64,000 nucleotides of DNA, from positions 1,376,001 to 1,440,000 of the forward strand of contig OZ245366.1 of NCBI GenBank assembly GCA_965226585.1, read 5' to 3'. This DNA comes from Thermodesulfobacteriota bacterium. Its GTDB lineage: Bacteria > Desulfobacterota_D > UBA1144 > Nemesobacterales > Mycalebacteriaceae. The notes under the pieces were generated by a model, which searched no databases, was not told where the DNA came from, and was given only the letters and a program-made list of their open reading frames with translations. The position numbers and the translations under genes were made by a program. This document shows positions 18,808-29,022 of this stretch, in pieces. The stretch's first letter is position 1, and each line of letters opens with the position of its first letter.

Positions 18808-19485
18808 CTAAATCTCCTCAATGATATACCCGTAAATGAGAGTTCCCGCCGCGATAAACGCGAGGTCGAAACTGACGAGAACCTTTATGTGCCTTGCGAA
18901 ATCATGCTCAACACCGCCTCCGAGAGCGGCGGATACGCCAAGAGACGCGCTTATCAAAACCGGAATCAAAAGCGGAAACAGCAAAACGGGAAACACAACC
19001 CCTTTCATATCCGTCTGGGCGGAAAGAGCGGAAAGCAGAGTTCCCACGGCGGCAATTCCCACAGTCGCGGCAAATACTATAGAGAGGAAAGGAAGGGCTG
19101 AGGAAAAAGCGTCAAGGCGGAAAAACAGGGCAAAAACCGGAATGAAAACCGCCTCAACCGCAACAAGAAGCGTAAGATTGGCAAGCATCTTTCCGATAAA
19201 AACCGCGCCCCTGTCAACCGGAGACATGAGTATTGAGCGCAGGGCTTGTGATTTTCTCTCAACCTCAAATGAACGTTCAAACCCCACTGTGGCGGCAAAC
19301 AGAATGCATATCCAGAACACCGCCGGAGCCGCCTGCGTAACAGTGGCGGGCGATGAGGGAAAGATGTCTGTAAAATGCAGAACGGACGCGAGCACAACGG
19401 CAAACGCCGCAACGGCGGGGAAAATCCCGCCGCCCGAAGTTTCAATGGAAATATCTTTCAAAAATATCGTTACGATGTCTCTCAT
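18808..19485 (-). CDS. ccmB: Heme exporter protein B
   Basis: Hydrophobic; FERSFEVE, PVLLFPLLIPVLI; located between ccmA and ccmC. Confidence 0.88.
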   Translation of the reverse strand: MRDIVTIFLKDISIETSGGGIFPAVAAFAVVLASVLHFTDIFPSSPATVTQAAPAVFWICILFAATVGFERSFEVERKSQALRSILMSPVDRGAVFIGKMLANLTLLVAVEAVFIPVFALFFRLDAFSSALPFLSIVFAATVGIAAVGTLLSALSAQTDMKGVVFPVLLFPLLIPVLISASLGVSAALGGGVEHDFARHIKVLVSFDLAFIAAGTLIYGYIIEEI

Positions 19486-20198
19486 TCCGCGCTCCCGTGA
19501 GGTTTTGAAACCATCTCCTCAAGTTCGCCCGCGCTCATTCCGCGCGAGTTTTCGTAAAACGCTATGCGCCCGCCCAAAAGCAGGGCGGCAAAGTCAGCCA
19601 GTTCCGCCGCCCGCGCCGTGAGATGGGTGGAAAAAAGCACTGCGGCTCCGCCGTCTCTCAGGCGGATTATAAGGTCTGAAAGAATCGCGCCCCCTTTGCG
19701 GTCAAGCCCTGAAAACGGCTCGTCCATAACAATCACCTCAGGATTGTGAGACACGGCGCGGGCAATGGAAACGCGCTTCTTCATTCCGGCGGAAAGAGAG
19801 CCGCACGGAGCGGATGACCGGGCGATTTCAAATCTGTCAACCAGTTCGCGCGCCCTGCCCTCAGGGTCTGAAACCCCGTGAAGACGGCAGAAAAAACTCA
19901 AATTTCCCTCCGCGCTCAGCCTGTCGTAAAGGCAGTCTTCGTGAGAGACAAGACCGATTTTTCCCCGCGCCTCTTTTGCGGATGTTGAAGTGTCAAAACC
20001 CGCCACCGTTACACTGCCGGATGAAGGAGGCGAGAGAGATGACGCTATTTTCAAAAGAGAGGTTTTGCCTGAGCCGTTTTCACCGAAAAGGGAAACGGCT
20101 TTGCCCCTTTCCACTTTCATATCAACACCGCTGAGAACCGGGCGCGAGGCGTAGTTCTTGCCAACTTTTTCCATCAGTATCGCGTATGGCGGGGGCAT
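19482..20198 (-). CDS. ccmA: Heme ABC exporter ATP-binding protein
   Basis: GENGSGKTS, LSAGMKKR, MDEPFSGLD; operon with ccmBC; start uncertain. Confidence 0.85.
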   Translation of the reverse strand: MPPPYAILMEKVGKNYASRPVLSGVDMKVERGKAVSLFGENGSGKTSLLKIASSLSPPSSGSVTVAGFDTSTSAKEARGKIGLVSHEDCLYDRLSAEGNLSFFCRLHGVSDPEGRARELVDRFEIARSSAPCGSLSAGMKKRVSIARAVSHNPEVIVMDEPFSGLDRKGGAILSDLIIRLRDGGAAVLFSTHLTARAAELADFAALLLGGRIAFYENSRGMSAGELEEMVSKPHGSAE

Positions 20199-20323
20199 GT
20201 GAAGTTCCACAAAGTTGCAGAATATATGAGGCGGCGGATACAGGCAATAAATCACGGAGCGGTAAAAGAGCCGTTGACAACTTACCGTCAAACTTCTACC
20301 TTCTAATCAGGAGGAGCAAAACT

Positions 20324-21313
20324 ATGGCGGTTTTAGTAACGGGGGCAACCGGTTTTATCGGCTCTCACATTGTAAAAAAACTTAAAAACAAGGGCGAAGA
20401 CGTTCGCGTTCTTGTGCGCGAGACAAGCAAAACCGGGGAGATAGACCGGCTCGGCATCACGAAAAAAATTGGCGACATCACTAACGCCGCCTCGGTGCGA
20501 AGCGCGCTTGAAGACTGCGACACTCTCTACCACTGCGCGGGTTTTGTCTCTTTCAGAAAAAGCGACTACAAAAAAATGGTTGAGATAAATGTTGAGGGCT
20601 CAAAAAATGTTCTCTCCTCCGCCCTTGACGCGGGCGTGAAAAGGGTTGTTTTCACAAGCAGTGTGGCGGCTCTGGGTCCCGCCCTCAAAGGGGTGCTGAT
20701 AACGGAAGACACCCCGGCCGACCCGCGTTTTGCGGGCTCCAACATCGGGTATATGAATGTGAAACGTTCAGCCGAAGCCACAGCCCTTGATTTCTGCGGC
20801 AAGGGGCTTGACGTGGTCATCACAAATCCGTCCGTTGTTGTGGGCGCGGGCGATGTTCATCTGTCAAGCGCGGGCTCTGTTCTGTGGTATTGCAAAAGGC
20901 GTTTTCCGGGATACATGGACGGCACTCTCAACCTTGTGGATGTTGAGGATGTGGCGGAGGGGCATCTGCTTGCGGCGGAAAAAGGGCGCGCCGGAGAACG
21001 CTACATTTTGAGCAACACCAACCTGACGGTGATTGAGTATTTCAGTCTGCTTGAAAAGGTTACCGGCGTTCCCGCCCCGAAGATTAAAATCCCCTATGCG
21101 GCGGCATACGCAACCGCGTTTCTGACCGAAAGGGTTTTGGGCTTCGCGTTTCCGAACTACTCAACAATGGATTTGGACTCTGTAAAACTGTCGCGCTACA
21201 ACTGGCATGTTGACTGCTCAAAAGCGGAGCGCGAACTGGGATACAAAAAGAGTTCCATAGAGGAAAGCCTCAGAGCCACCGTTGACTGGTTCAAATCCGA
21301 AGGGCTTTTGTAG
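20324..21313 (+). CDS. NAD-dependent epimerase/dehydratase (dihydroflavonol reductase / HpnA-like)
   Basis: VTGATGFIG, HCAG, TSSVAALG, VDVEDVAEGH; GGAGG upstream of ATG 20324. Confidence 0.88.
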   Translation: MAVLVTGATGFIGSHIVKKLKNKGEDVRVLVRETSKTGEIDRLGITKKIGDITNAASVRSALEDCDTLYHCAGFVSFRKSDYKKMVEINVEGSKNVLSSALDAGVKRVVFTSSVAALGPALKGVLITEDTPADPRFAGSNIGYMNVKRSAEATALDFCGKGLDVVITNPSVVVGAGDVHLSSAGSVLWYCKRRFPGYMDGTLNLVDVEDVAEGHLLAAEKGRAGERYILSNTNLTVIEYFSLLEKVTGVPAPKIKIPYAAAYATAFLTERVLGFAFPNYSTMDLDSVKLSRYNWHVDCSKAERELGYKKSSIEESLRATVDWFKSEGLL

Positions 21314-21346
21314 AAACGGGCGCGCGGTAGCGGGTATCATATCCAA

Positions 21347-22417
21347 ATGGCCGGAAACACATTCGGAACAGTTTTCAGAATAACCACATGGGGAGAGTCT
21401 CACGGCAGGGCGGTGGGCGTTGTGCTGGACGGCTGTCCGGCGGGGCTCGCGCTTTCGGCGGGCGATATTCAGACCGAACTTGACCGCCGCCGCCCGGGGC
21501 AGAGCAAGGTTACCACTCAGCGCAAAGAGGCGGACACGGTTGAAATTCTGTCGGGGGTATTCAAAGGGAAAACACTCGGCACACCGGTATCAATGCTTGT
21601 GCAAAACACAGACGTTATCTCCGCATCTTATGAGAAGATAAAAGACATCTACCGCCCCGGACACGCTGATTTTACATACGATGAAAAATACGGACTGAGA
21701 GACCACAGGGGCGGCGGCAGGGCTTCGGCAAGGGAAACAGTCGGGCGCGTGGCGGCGGGAGCGGTGGCGAAAAAACTGCTCAAAAAACACGGAATTAAAA
21801 CGCGCGGATTTGTTAGAAGCGTGGGCGATATAACGGCGGAAAAGGTGAACTTCAGTCAGGTGGAGAAAAACCCCGTGCGCTGTCCCGACCCGGCAAAAGC
21901 GCGGGAGATGTTTGACCTGATAGACAAGGTGAGAAGGCGGGGCGATTCCATCGGCGGAACGGTGGAGGTGATAACAAGCGGACTTCCGGCGGGGCTTGGC
22001 GAGCCGGTGTTTCATAAACTGGACGCAGACCTTGCGTCCGCCCTTATGAGCATAGGGGGAATCAGGGGCTTTGAGGTTGGAAGAGGTTTTGAGGTTGCGA
22101 AGATGAAAGGGTCTGAAGCAAACGACCTGATGATAAAACGCCCGGACGGTTCGCTCGGTTTCAAAACAAACAATGCGGGCGGTTTGCTCGGCGGCATAAC
22201 AAACGGCGAAGACCTTGTTGTGAGAATCGCCATAAAACCCACATCGTCAATATCACAAACGCAGAAAACGGTTGATAAAAAAGGCGCGGCGAAAAACCTT
22301 GTCGTCAAAGGAAGGCACGACCCGTGCCTGTGTCCCAGAGCCGTTCCAATCGCCGAAGCGATGGTGAACCTTGTGCTGGCAGACCATCTCCTTATGCGCG
22401 AGGTTTCAAAGCTGTGA
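21347..22417 (+). CDS. aroC: Chorismate synthase
   Basis: [33 protein letters not shown]. Confidence 0.97.
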   Translation: MAGNTFGTVFRITTWGESHGRAVGVVLDGCPAGLALSAGDIQTELDRRRPGQSKVTTQRKEADTVEILSGVFKGKTLGTPVSMLVQNTDVISASYEKIKDIYRPGHADFTYDEKYGLRDHRGGGRASARETVGRVAAGAVAKKLLKKHGIKTRGFVRSVGDITAEKVNFSQVEKNPVRCPDPAKAREMFDLIDKVRRRGDSIGGTVEVITSGLPAGLGEPVFHKLDADLASALMSIGGIRGFEVGRGFEVAKMKGSEANDLMIKRPDGSLGFKTNNAGGLLGGITNGEDLVVRIAIKPTSSISQTQKTVDKKGAAKNLVVKGRHDPCLCPRAVPIAEAMVNLVLADHLLMREVSKL

Positions 22418-22767
22418 CGGCGCGCGAGTTCGGTGTTTATCTGTCGTCAGGCGAGCGCGTCTACCGGGGAGATTTCAGCGAAGTTCCGGAGCCGTACAGA
22501 AAAACCCTTGTTGAAGCGATAGACCAGTGGGGAGACGTGATGGTGGGATGGGGGCTGAACGAGTTAATTTACTCCCTTATGTGCTGGCACGAGGAAACGG
22601 TTTTTGAGTGCGGGCATTGCGAGTTTGTTTCGGAAGTGTCAGACAGTTGCGAAAAATGCGCGAAACCGCTTGAGCCGAAACGGAAATACGAAAGGAGCGA
22701 AAAAATCTCGCGCCTTTTGATGTGCGTGGGCTCCATAAACAGAATCACGGTTGAAAACGGCGGATGA
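22414..22767 (+). CDS. Hypothetical protein with CxxC...CxxC zinc ribbon
   Basis: GTGA overlap with aroC stop; CGHC...CEKC. Confidence 0.65.
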   Translation: MTAREFGVYLSSGERVYRGDFSEVPEPYRKTLVEAIDQWGDVMVGWGLNELIYSLMCWHEETVFECGHCEFVSEVSDSCEKCAKPLEPKRKYERSEKISRLLMCVGSINRITVENGG

Positions 22768-22805
22768 ATACCCTCTTGTCCGCAAGCATTTTCCGGCGGA
22801 AAACG

Positions 22806-24872
22806 CTACATAAAAACGCTCATTGAAAGCAGAACGCCGAGGTCTTTTTCGGGCTTGAGTTCGTAGGATGTGTTTTGCACCTTTATGCCGCCCGAAAGCC
22901 CTGAGCTGTATCTCATTTGCAGGCGAGTCTCAAAACTGTTTTTCCTTCTCACAAGTTCCACCTGAGCGGTTTCCGCCCTTCCCCGCGCGGATTTTACAAG
23001 CGAGATGCCGGGGTTCATTCCGCCGTATGCGGCGGCGGCTTTAACTCCAATTCCGTATGTTCCGTTCAGGTCAAACTGTCTGTCAAAAGACGCCACAACC
23101 TTGTCCGTGTCTCCGAAACTGAATGAGCCGCTTCCCGCGCTTCCGAAAAACGCGTCTGACTCGCGCTCATAGGCGAGAGAGAAACCGCTTGAATGCGCTA
23201 TTCCCATTCCGCCCGCAGAGTGTTTACCGCTCAGGAAAACGGACAGGTTTTGAAAAACCGTGAACAGCCGCGCCGCATGTGTGGAAACCCTTCCGGGGCG
23301 CGAGAACCGCCTTGAGAGTCTGCTCCACGATACCGCCGGTTCAATCAGAAGCGGAGAGGCGGATGACAGAACGGAAACCGGAACGGCATAGCCGCGCCGG
23401 AACTCGTTGTTTTCATATCCCGTAACATTTATGCCTTGCGGAATGGACGCCCCGGAAATGCTGACGCCGCCTGAAGTAACTGAAAGCGAGAATGTGGTCA
23501 GTGGGTCAGCCACAAGCTCTCCGGTCGGCTGCCAGATTTGTGAAACTGAGAACATTCCGCATCCGTAAATATCGTCAACTCCCGCCGTTCCGAGATCCAC
23601 CGCGGTTGCGCAGGAGAGTTTTACAAGTTGCTCGTTTGTCAGGTGGGGCCACACATATCGCAAATTCGCGAGTGTTCCCGCAACCATCGGGGCGGCATAA
23701 CTTGTTCCGCGTCTGGAATAGACATATGCGCCGTCAGATTCATCCCTAACTTCCGTAAATATCGTATAGGGAGCCAGCACACAGTAATCTTTTGCGTAGC
23801 CGCAGTGGTTTGAATTATCATCTATTTTAAGACTGCTTTCCTCTATTATTGTAGAACTGCCTGCGAAACTGTCTACTCTCCACTCTTTGTGAAAGCCGCC
23901 TTTGCTTTCCCCGTTGTTTTCCCTTGTTTCAAGAATGGGAAAATAATAGCCTTCCGTATTGCCATGCGCCAGCCCGGCAACCATAAGGATTGATTTTGTC
24001 CGGTTGTGTATCGCCTCAACCGCCGCCCGGTTGTGCGCGGGATGGTCGGGGTCAACCGAGAGCGCGTACGGTTGTCCCCTGTTTATAATGACCGTGCCCA
24101 CGGCGTTCGTGCCGTAGTTTGCCGTGGGGGCAACCATCAGACTTTTGGAATCCGCTACGTCTTGAGGCCTTATAAGGTCGTTTGCTGAAACCCCGGTTGA
24201 CGCATCAGTTCCGAAAAGATTGGACTGCGATATGCTGATTATGAAACCTGTATCCACCTGATTCCCCTCTATTGTCGCACTCGGAATGTCGTTTCTGTCT
24301 TTTATGTCTCTGTACGCAGTTACGGTGTCGCGCTTCAAACTTCCTGTCGCAACATATCTGTAAAGGTCCGACACAGTGGAAATATTCGCCGTTGCCACAA
24401 CCCTGTCCCCGTGAGTGCCGCCGTCTATGACAATCAACAGAGGGTTCACAGTTACGTTGTTGTTAATTGCCTGCGCGATATTCGCGCTGACCATATCGTA
24501 AAGAGGGGTCAGTCCGGGAACACGCGCCCGGTTGCAATTTATAATCGGCGTACCCCTTGTATTAAAGTCATCCTCGCAGGGATTACTCTCCGCAGAAGTG
24601 TTTGCGGGCGGCGGGTCGGGGTTATCACCGCCGGAGTCGCCGGGGTCCGGCTCCTCCAAAGTGGGAACAAAGATGGCGGAAACCCCAGTTTCAGGCGGAA
24701 TGGTACGGTCGGTCGGCGGGTCCGGGGGGGTATTGTCTGGCGGGTCTGGCATACTTACGGGAGCGGGAGCGGAGCCGCCTCCGCCTCCACCGCCTATACA
24801 GCCGCCCAATACAACTGACATGGCAATTGCCAGAGTAAAAAGCGCGTTGTTTATGGCTCTTCTATCCGTCAT
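22806..24872 (-). CDS. Lipoprotein S8 (subtilase) peptidase with Pro-rich linker and beta-rich, autotransporter-like C-terminus
   Basis: Lipobox LGGC followed by Gly/Pro-rich tract; GTSYAAPMVAG catalytic Ser motif; TAVDLG..GVDDIYGCG; alternating-hydrophobic C-terminal strands. Confidence 0.78.
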   Translation of the reverse strand: MTDRRAINNALFTLAIAMSVVLGGCIGGGGGGGSAPAPVSMPDPPDNTPPDPPTDRTIPPETGVSAIFVPTLEEPDPGDSGGDNPDPPPANTSAESNPCEDDFNTRGTPIINCNRARVPGLTPLYDMVSANIAQAINNNVTVNPLLIVIDGGTHGDRVVATANISTVSDLYRYVATGSLKRDTVTAYRDIKDRNDIPSATIEGNQVDTGFIISISQSNLFGTDASTGVSANDLIRPQDVADSKSLMVAPTANYGTNAVGTVIINRGQPYALSVDPDHPAHNRAAVEAIHNRTKSILMVAGLAHGNTEGYYFPILETRENNGESKGGFHKEWRVDSFAGSSTIIEESSLKIDDNSNHCGYAKDYCVLAPYTIFTEVRDESDGAYVYSRRGTSYAAPMVAGTLANLRYVWPHLTNEQLVKLSCATAVDLGTAGVDDIYGCGMFSVSQIWQPTGELVADPLTTFSLSVTSGGVSISGASIPQGINVTGYENNEFRRGYAVPVSVLSSASPLLIEPAVSWSRLSRRFSRPGRVSTHAARLFTVFQNLSVFLSGKHSAGGMGIAHSSGFSLAYERESDAFFGSAGSGSFSFGDTDKVVASFDRQFDLNGTYGIGVKAAAAYGGMNPGISLVKSARGRAETAQVELVRRKNSFETRLQMRYSSGLSGGIKVQNTSYELKPEKDLGVLLSMSVFM

Positions 24873-26028
24873 TCAATATCTCAGCCGCTTTCTCCATACC
24901 GGCTCCAAAGTCAAAATTGTGTCCCATTTTCGCGAGAACCTGCTCAACTGCGGAAATTACGGCAATTGTGTCTGACTTGTCTATGTAGCCTATGTGAGAA
25001 ACCCTGAATATCTTTCCCTTCGCCTGATCCTGCCCTCCGGCAACCGTCATTTTGAAGTCGTCTTTAAGCGCTTTTATAACCGGACCCGCGCCAATTTCAG
25101 GCGGGGCTATCGCAACCGACAAAGCCGGGCTTGGCTCATCTTTTGTGAACAGTTCCATGTTCATCGCCTCAAACGCGCTTCTTGTCGCAAGAGAGAAAAC
25201 CCGGTGGCGGTTGTGCATATTTTCAAGCCCTTCGGAAACAAACATCTTCAACACCTCAGACAGCCCGCGTATAAGACTTACCGCCGGTGTCCACGGGGTT
25301 GTGTTCTTGTCCGCGCTCTTGAGGGCGGCGGCAAAATCAAAGTAAAACTTCGGAAGATCTGAACGTTTGTTGAACTCCCACGCCTTGCCGCTCATCGCGG
25401 CAAACGCAAGACCGGGGGGAAGCATAAACGCCTTCTGCGAGCCCGCCACAAGCACATCTATGCCAAGTTCGTCAAAAGGAAGCGGAAAAGCGCCGACCGC
25501 CGTTATGCCGTCCACTATCAGAATCACATCATCTCTTTCGCGTGTAATTGCGGCTATCTCCGCCGTGGGGTTTTTAATGCCGGTTGAAGTTTCGCTCGCC
25601 TGCATCAAAACGGCGCGGACGGACGGGTCTTTCTCCAATTTTTCGCGTATAAGCGCGGGGTCTGCCGCCCTTCCCCATTCAACCTCTATCTCATCGCACT
25701 CTATACCGAAAGCGCGGCAAATTTTTCCCCATCTTTCGCCGAATTTTCCGCTGTTGACGACTATGGCTTTGTCTCCCCGGCAAAGCGTGTTGGAAACCGC
25801 CGCCTCCATCGCCCCCGTTCCGGAAGACGCGAGAATCATAACCTCGCGTGATGTGCAGAATATGTATTTCAGGTCGCTTCTGACCTTCTCCATTATCGCC
25901 TCAAATTCGGCGGTTCTGTGGTGGATGATGGGTCTTGCCATCTCAATCAGAGCACCGCTTGGCACGGGCACGGGACCGGGTGTAAAAACGTAGTCTTTCA
26001 AATTCCTCTCCTTGTTTTCATGCGGCAA
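24862..26028 (-). CDS. Class V aminotransferase (alanine--glyoxylate / serine--pyruvate family)
   Basis: FTPGPVPV, SGTGAMEA, ETSTG, GSQKAFMLPPG (PLP Lys), FRVSHIG; start may be slightly downstream. Confidence 0.9.
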   Translation of the reverse strand: MPHENKERNLKDYVFTPGPVPVPSGALIEMARPIIHHRTAEFEAIMEKVRSDLKYIFCTSREVMILASSGTGAMEAAVSNTLCRGDKAIVVNSGKFGERWGKICRAFGIECDEIEVEWGRAADPALIREKLEKDPSVRAVLMQASETSTGIKNPTAEIAAITRERDDVILIVDGITAVGAFPLPFDELGIDVLVAGSQKAFMLPPGLAFAAMSGKAWEFNKRSDLPKFYFDFAAALKSADKNTTPWTPAVSLIRGLSEVLKMFVSEGLENMHNRHRVFSLATRSAFEAMNMELFTKDEPSPALSVAIAPPEIGAGPVIKALKDDFKMTVAGGQDQAKGKIFRVSHIGYIDKSDTIAVISAVEQVLAKMGHNFDFGAGMEKAAEILNDG

Positions 26029-26149
26029 AACCGCGCGGAAATTTCACAATCAGTATTTTAACAGACAAGTTGCGGTTTCCAATTGCCCGCGCGCGGTTGC
26101 GCTTTGGGGCTTAATTCGCCATTCTTGTTGCGGCGGAACGCTCCGGAAA

Positions 26150-27043
26150 ATGACGGAAGACGGGAAAAAATATAAATTCGGTTTCGTATCGGTTGTCGGC
26201 GGAACAAATGTGGGAAAATCCACCCTTGTCAACACCCTCGTGGGGCGCAAGGTTTGCGCCACTTCGCCCAAACCCAACACAACGCGAAGCCGCATAAACG
26301 GGATATTCACGGACTCTGAAGCGCAGATAGTTTTTACCGACACTCCCGGAATTGTGCGCCCTGTGGGGCGGCTGAGGCAGAGGATGACGGCTGAGGGGCT
26401 GAGCGCGCTTGAAAACGGGGTTACCCTTGTGGTTACGGACGCCACATCGCCTTTCGGCGGCGGAGAGGTGAAGGCGATTTCAGAGTCGTCCCGTCCGGTA
26501 ACGGTCGCGATTAACAAAACAGACATTGCGGGGGCAAAGGCGGTGCTTGAAACGATAAAAGCGGGCGAAAAGTTCGGGGATAAAATTGCCGAACTTGTTC
26601 CCGTTTCCGCCCTCAAGGATGACGGCATGGACACGCTTCTGCGGGTTCTCAAAAAATATCTGCCCGAAGGCGGGAAGAAATTTCCCGAAGGCGAAACCAC
26701 AGACCAGACCGAAAAGTTTGCCGCCTCTGAGTTTGTGAGGGAAAAAATCTTCCGCCTCACTCACGGCGAAGTGCCGTATGAATCCGCCGTTGCCGTCAGG
26801 GAAATACGCAGGGGCAGGGGAGGCAAAGGGCTCTACATAAACGCGGAAGTGTTTCTTGAAAAGGAGTCTCACAGGAAAATAGTGCTGGGGAAAAACGGGG
26901 CTATGATAAAGAAAATCGGCTCCCGCGCGCGGGAAGACATAGAGGAGTTTCTGGGAACAAAGGTTTTTCTTGAACTGAAAGTGCTGGTTAAGCCGGGATG
27001 GAGCAAAGACGGCGAGTTTCTGGACGAGATGTACGGCGGCTGA
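26150..27043 (+). CDS. era: GTPase Era
   Basis: NVGKST, DTPG, NKTD, EFVREKI, EVPY, KH domain GKNGAMIKKIG. Confidence 0.93.
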   Translation: MTEDGKKYKFGFVSVVGGTNVGKSTLVNTLVGRKVCATSPKPNTTRSRINGIFTDSEAQIVFTDTPGIVRPVGRLRQRMTAEGLSALENGVTLVVTDATSPFGGGEVKAISESSRPVTVAINKTDIAGAKAVLETIKAGEKFGDKIAELVPVSALKDDGMDTLLRVLKKYLPEGGKKFPEGETTDQTEKFAASEFVREKIFRLTHGEVPYESAVAVREIRRGRGGKGLYINAEVFLEKESHRKIVLGKNGAMIKKIGSRAREDIEEFLGTKVFLELKVLVKPGWSKDGEFLDEMYGG

Positions 27044-27060
27044 CAAACCGGCGGCGAATG

Positions 27061-27867
27061 CTACCGCCCTTTGAAAACGGGCTTTCTTTTTTCTGACACG
27101 GATGCGATACCCTCTTTGAAATCATCGCTTGCCTGCGCTTTCTCAAGGGCTTTCTTCACCGCTTTTTCATCAGACGGGAGCAGATTTTGCGAACGCGAAA
27201 GAGCGTTCAGCCCCAGTTTCGCGGCTTCCGTTGAAAGCGGCGCGCCTTCCGCTATGCGGCGCGCAGTCTCAAAGGTTTTTTCTTTTAGAGATTCCGAAGA
27301 GACAACCTCGCTCACAAGCCCCGTTTCAAAAGCCTCCTGCGCCGTAACGGGCTGAGCCGTAAAGAGCATCCTCTTCGCGTTTGAAACCCCGGCGGCGCGG
27401 GCAATCCTCTCAAGCCCCGAAAGCGGATACGCTATGCCCAGTTTCGCGGGAGGCATGGAAAATGTGGAGTCGGCAGAGCAGATTATGAAATCACATGCGG
27501 CGGCAAGCTCAAGCCCTCCGCCCACGGCATAGCCCTCCACCATCGCCACCACCGGACGCGGAAACCGCTCTATCGCATCGCAAGCGGCGGCAAGGGGATG
27601 CGCGGGAGCAACGTAGTCTCTAACCATGTCGCGCTCTCCTATGAAGGAAAAATCGTAGCCCGATGAAAACGCCTTTCCTCCCCTTCCCGACAGCACAACA
27701 CAGCGGACTGCGCCATCTTTCTCAAACTTCTTGAGCGCGCTTACTATACCGCCAAGCAAGCCGGGGCTGAGCGAGTTTCTTTTTTCCGATCTGTTGATTT
27801 CAACCGACGCCACCGCGCCTGACACCTCAACAACCAGTCCGGGGCTTTTTTTCTGCTGTAAATTCAA
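27061..27867 (-). CDS. Enoyl-CoA hydratase/isomerase family protein
   Basis: AFSSGYD, GYAVGGGLELA, PPAKLG, DFKEG...KRKPVFKG. Confidence 0.9.
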   Translation of the reverse strand: MNLQQKKSPGLVVEVSGAVASVEINRSEKRNSLSPGLLGGIVSALKKFEKDGAVRCVVLSGRGGKAFSSGYDFSFIGERDMVRDYVAPAHPLAAACDAIERFPRPVVAMVEGYAVGGGLELAAACDFIICSADSTFSMPPAKLGIAYPLSGLERIARAAGVSNAKRMLFTAQPVTAQEAFETGLVSEVVSSESLKEKTFETARRIAEGAPLSTEAAKLGLNALSRSQNLLPSDEKAVKKALEKAQASDDFKEGIASVSEKRKPVFKGR

Positions 27868-27920
27868 AGTGATACCCTTTCAAAAACGGCAAATATGTGT
27901 AAAAATAGCCGAGCACTATT

Positions 27921-28412
27921 ATGCCTATTTACGAATATGAATGCGAAGAGTGCGCCGACAGGTTCAACAAGGATATTTCAAGACTTGTTGAAGGGCTGAA
28001 CAAAAAAAACGCCTCATCCATAGCAAAGGAAAACCCCGGCTTTCTCTACATAGAGGTTACGAAAGAGAAAACGGGAAACGAAGTTTTCACCATCGGTGAG
28101 AAAACCCGCTCGCGCCTGCGCCGCAGATTCAGATACTCGGTTGACGGCGGAAAGGTGCTGTATCTGGAACTGAGAGACTTCAAATTCAGCGAACTTATGA
28201 GTCCCGGAGACCCCAACCCGGACTGCCCCGCTTGCGACAACGGAAAGGTGCGGAGAGTTCTTTCAACCTTCAAGGCGATATTTGACAAAAGAGACAGAGA
28301 GCCGGGTCCCGGAGACGATTTCGGGTGGCACAAAGACTACAAAGTGCAGAAAGACGAGGAACAGCAGAACTGGGTCGGACAGGATAATCTGAACCAGTAT
28401 TTTAAGAATTAG
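27921..28412 (+). CDS. FmdB-like zinc ribbon protein with internal insertion (copy 1)
   Basis: MPIYEYECEEC ... FSEL ... CPAC ... RRVLSTF. Confidence 0.75.
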   Translation: MPIYEYECEECADRFNKDISRLVEGLNKKNASSIAKENPGFLYIEVTKEKTGNEVFTIGEKTRSRLRRRFRYSVDGGKVLYLELRDFKFSELMSPGDPNPDCPACDNGKVRRVLSTFKAIFDKRDREPGPGDDFGWHKDYKVQKDEEQQNWVGQDNLNQYFKN

Positions 28413-28421
28413 GAGCAAGTT

Positions 28422-28901
28422 ATGCCGCTTTTTGAATACGAATGCTCACCCTGCGGAAACAGCGTTGAAAAGGCGCTGGGCAAGATTATGAAAGACGGCG
28501 GAAAGTCTTTGTCCTCTGTCGTGAAGAACACGGCGGCGGTTCACAGCGCGCAGGTGATAAACATTGAAAAGGGAAAAATAGAAGCCGAAACCGGAAAGCC
28601 GGACAAAAACGGATATGAAATTGTGCGCTACTCCGAAGACGGTTTGAAGATGTTTCTGATGAACACGGTCGCGTTCCGGTTTTCGGAACTGATATACGAA
28701 AAAGGCGATGAGAAAAAGGTGAAATGCCCTTCATGCGGCTCTGCGAAGGCGAAGAAGCTTGTTTCATCGTTCTCGTTCACAAGCGACCTTTCAACCGATA
28801 TGCCCAAACCGGACCTCAGCAACCTTCCGCCGGAGGTGCGTAGCAAGATGCAACTGACGGGATACGTAGAGGAAAAAGACAGACCCAAGAAAAACAGGTA
28901 G
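28422..28901 (+). CDS. FmdB-like zinc ribbon protein with internal insertion (copy 2)
   Basis: MPLFEYECSPC ... FSEL ... CPSCGS ... KKLVSSF; AGGAG upstream. Confidence 0.75.
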   Translation: MPLFEYECSPCGNSVEKALGKIMKDGGKSLSSVVKNTAAVHSAQVINIEKGKIEAETGKPDKNGYEIVRYSEDGLKMFLMNTVAFRFSELIYEKGDEKKVKCPSCGSAKAKKLVSSFSFTSDLSTDMPKPDLSNLPPEVRSKMQLTGYVEEKDRPKKNR

Positions 28902-29022
28902 GAAGACGGAAAATATACTGAAATTTGTTCGTAAGCGTGTTGTCTATGTCCAAAATCTGTAATATCATTGCTCTGCTTTTTACAAGCAAAAGAACGCCGC
29001 TCCGATTGGCAAGGCAACCCCG

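Noticed and set aside
27950..28690. Intein or intron within the FmdB-like genes
   Set aside because: Inserts lack C/S...HN splice motifs, are in frame and show no intron structure
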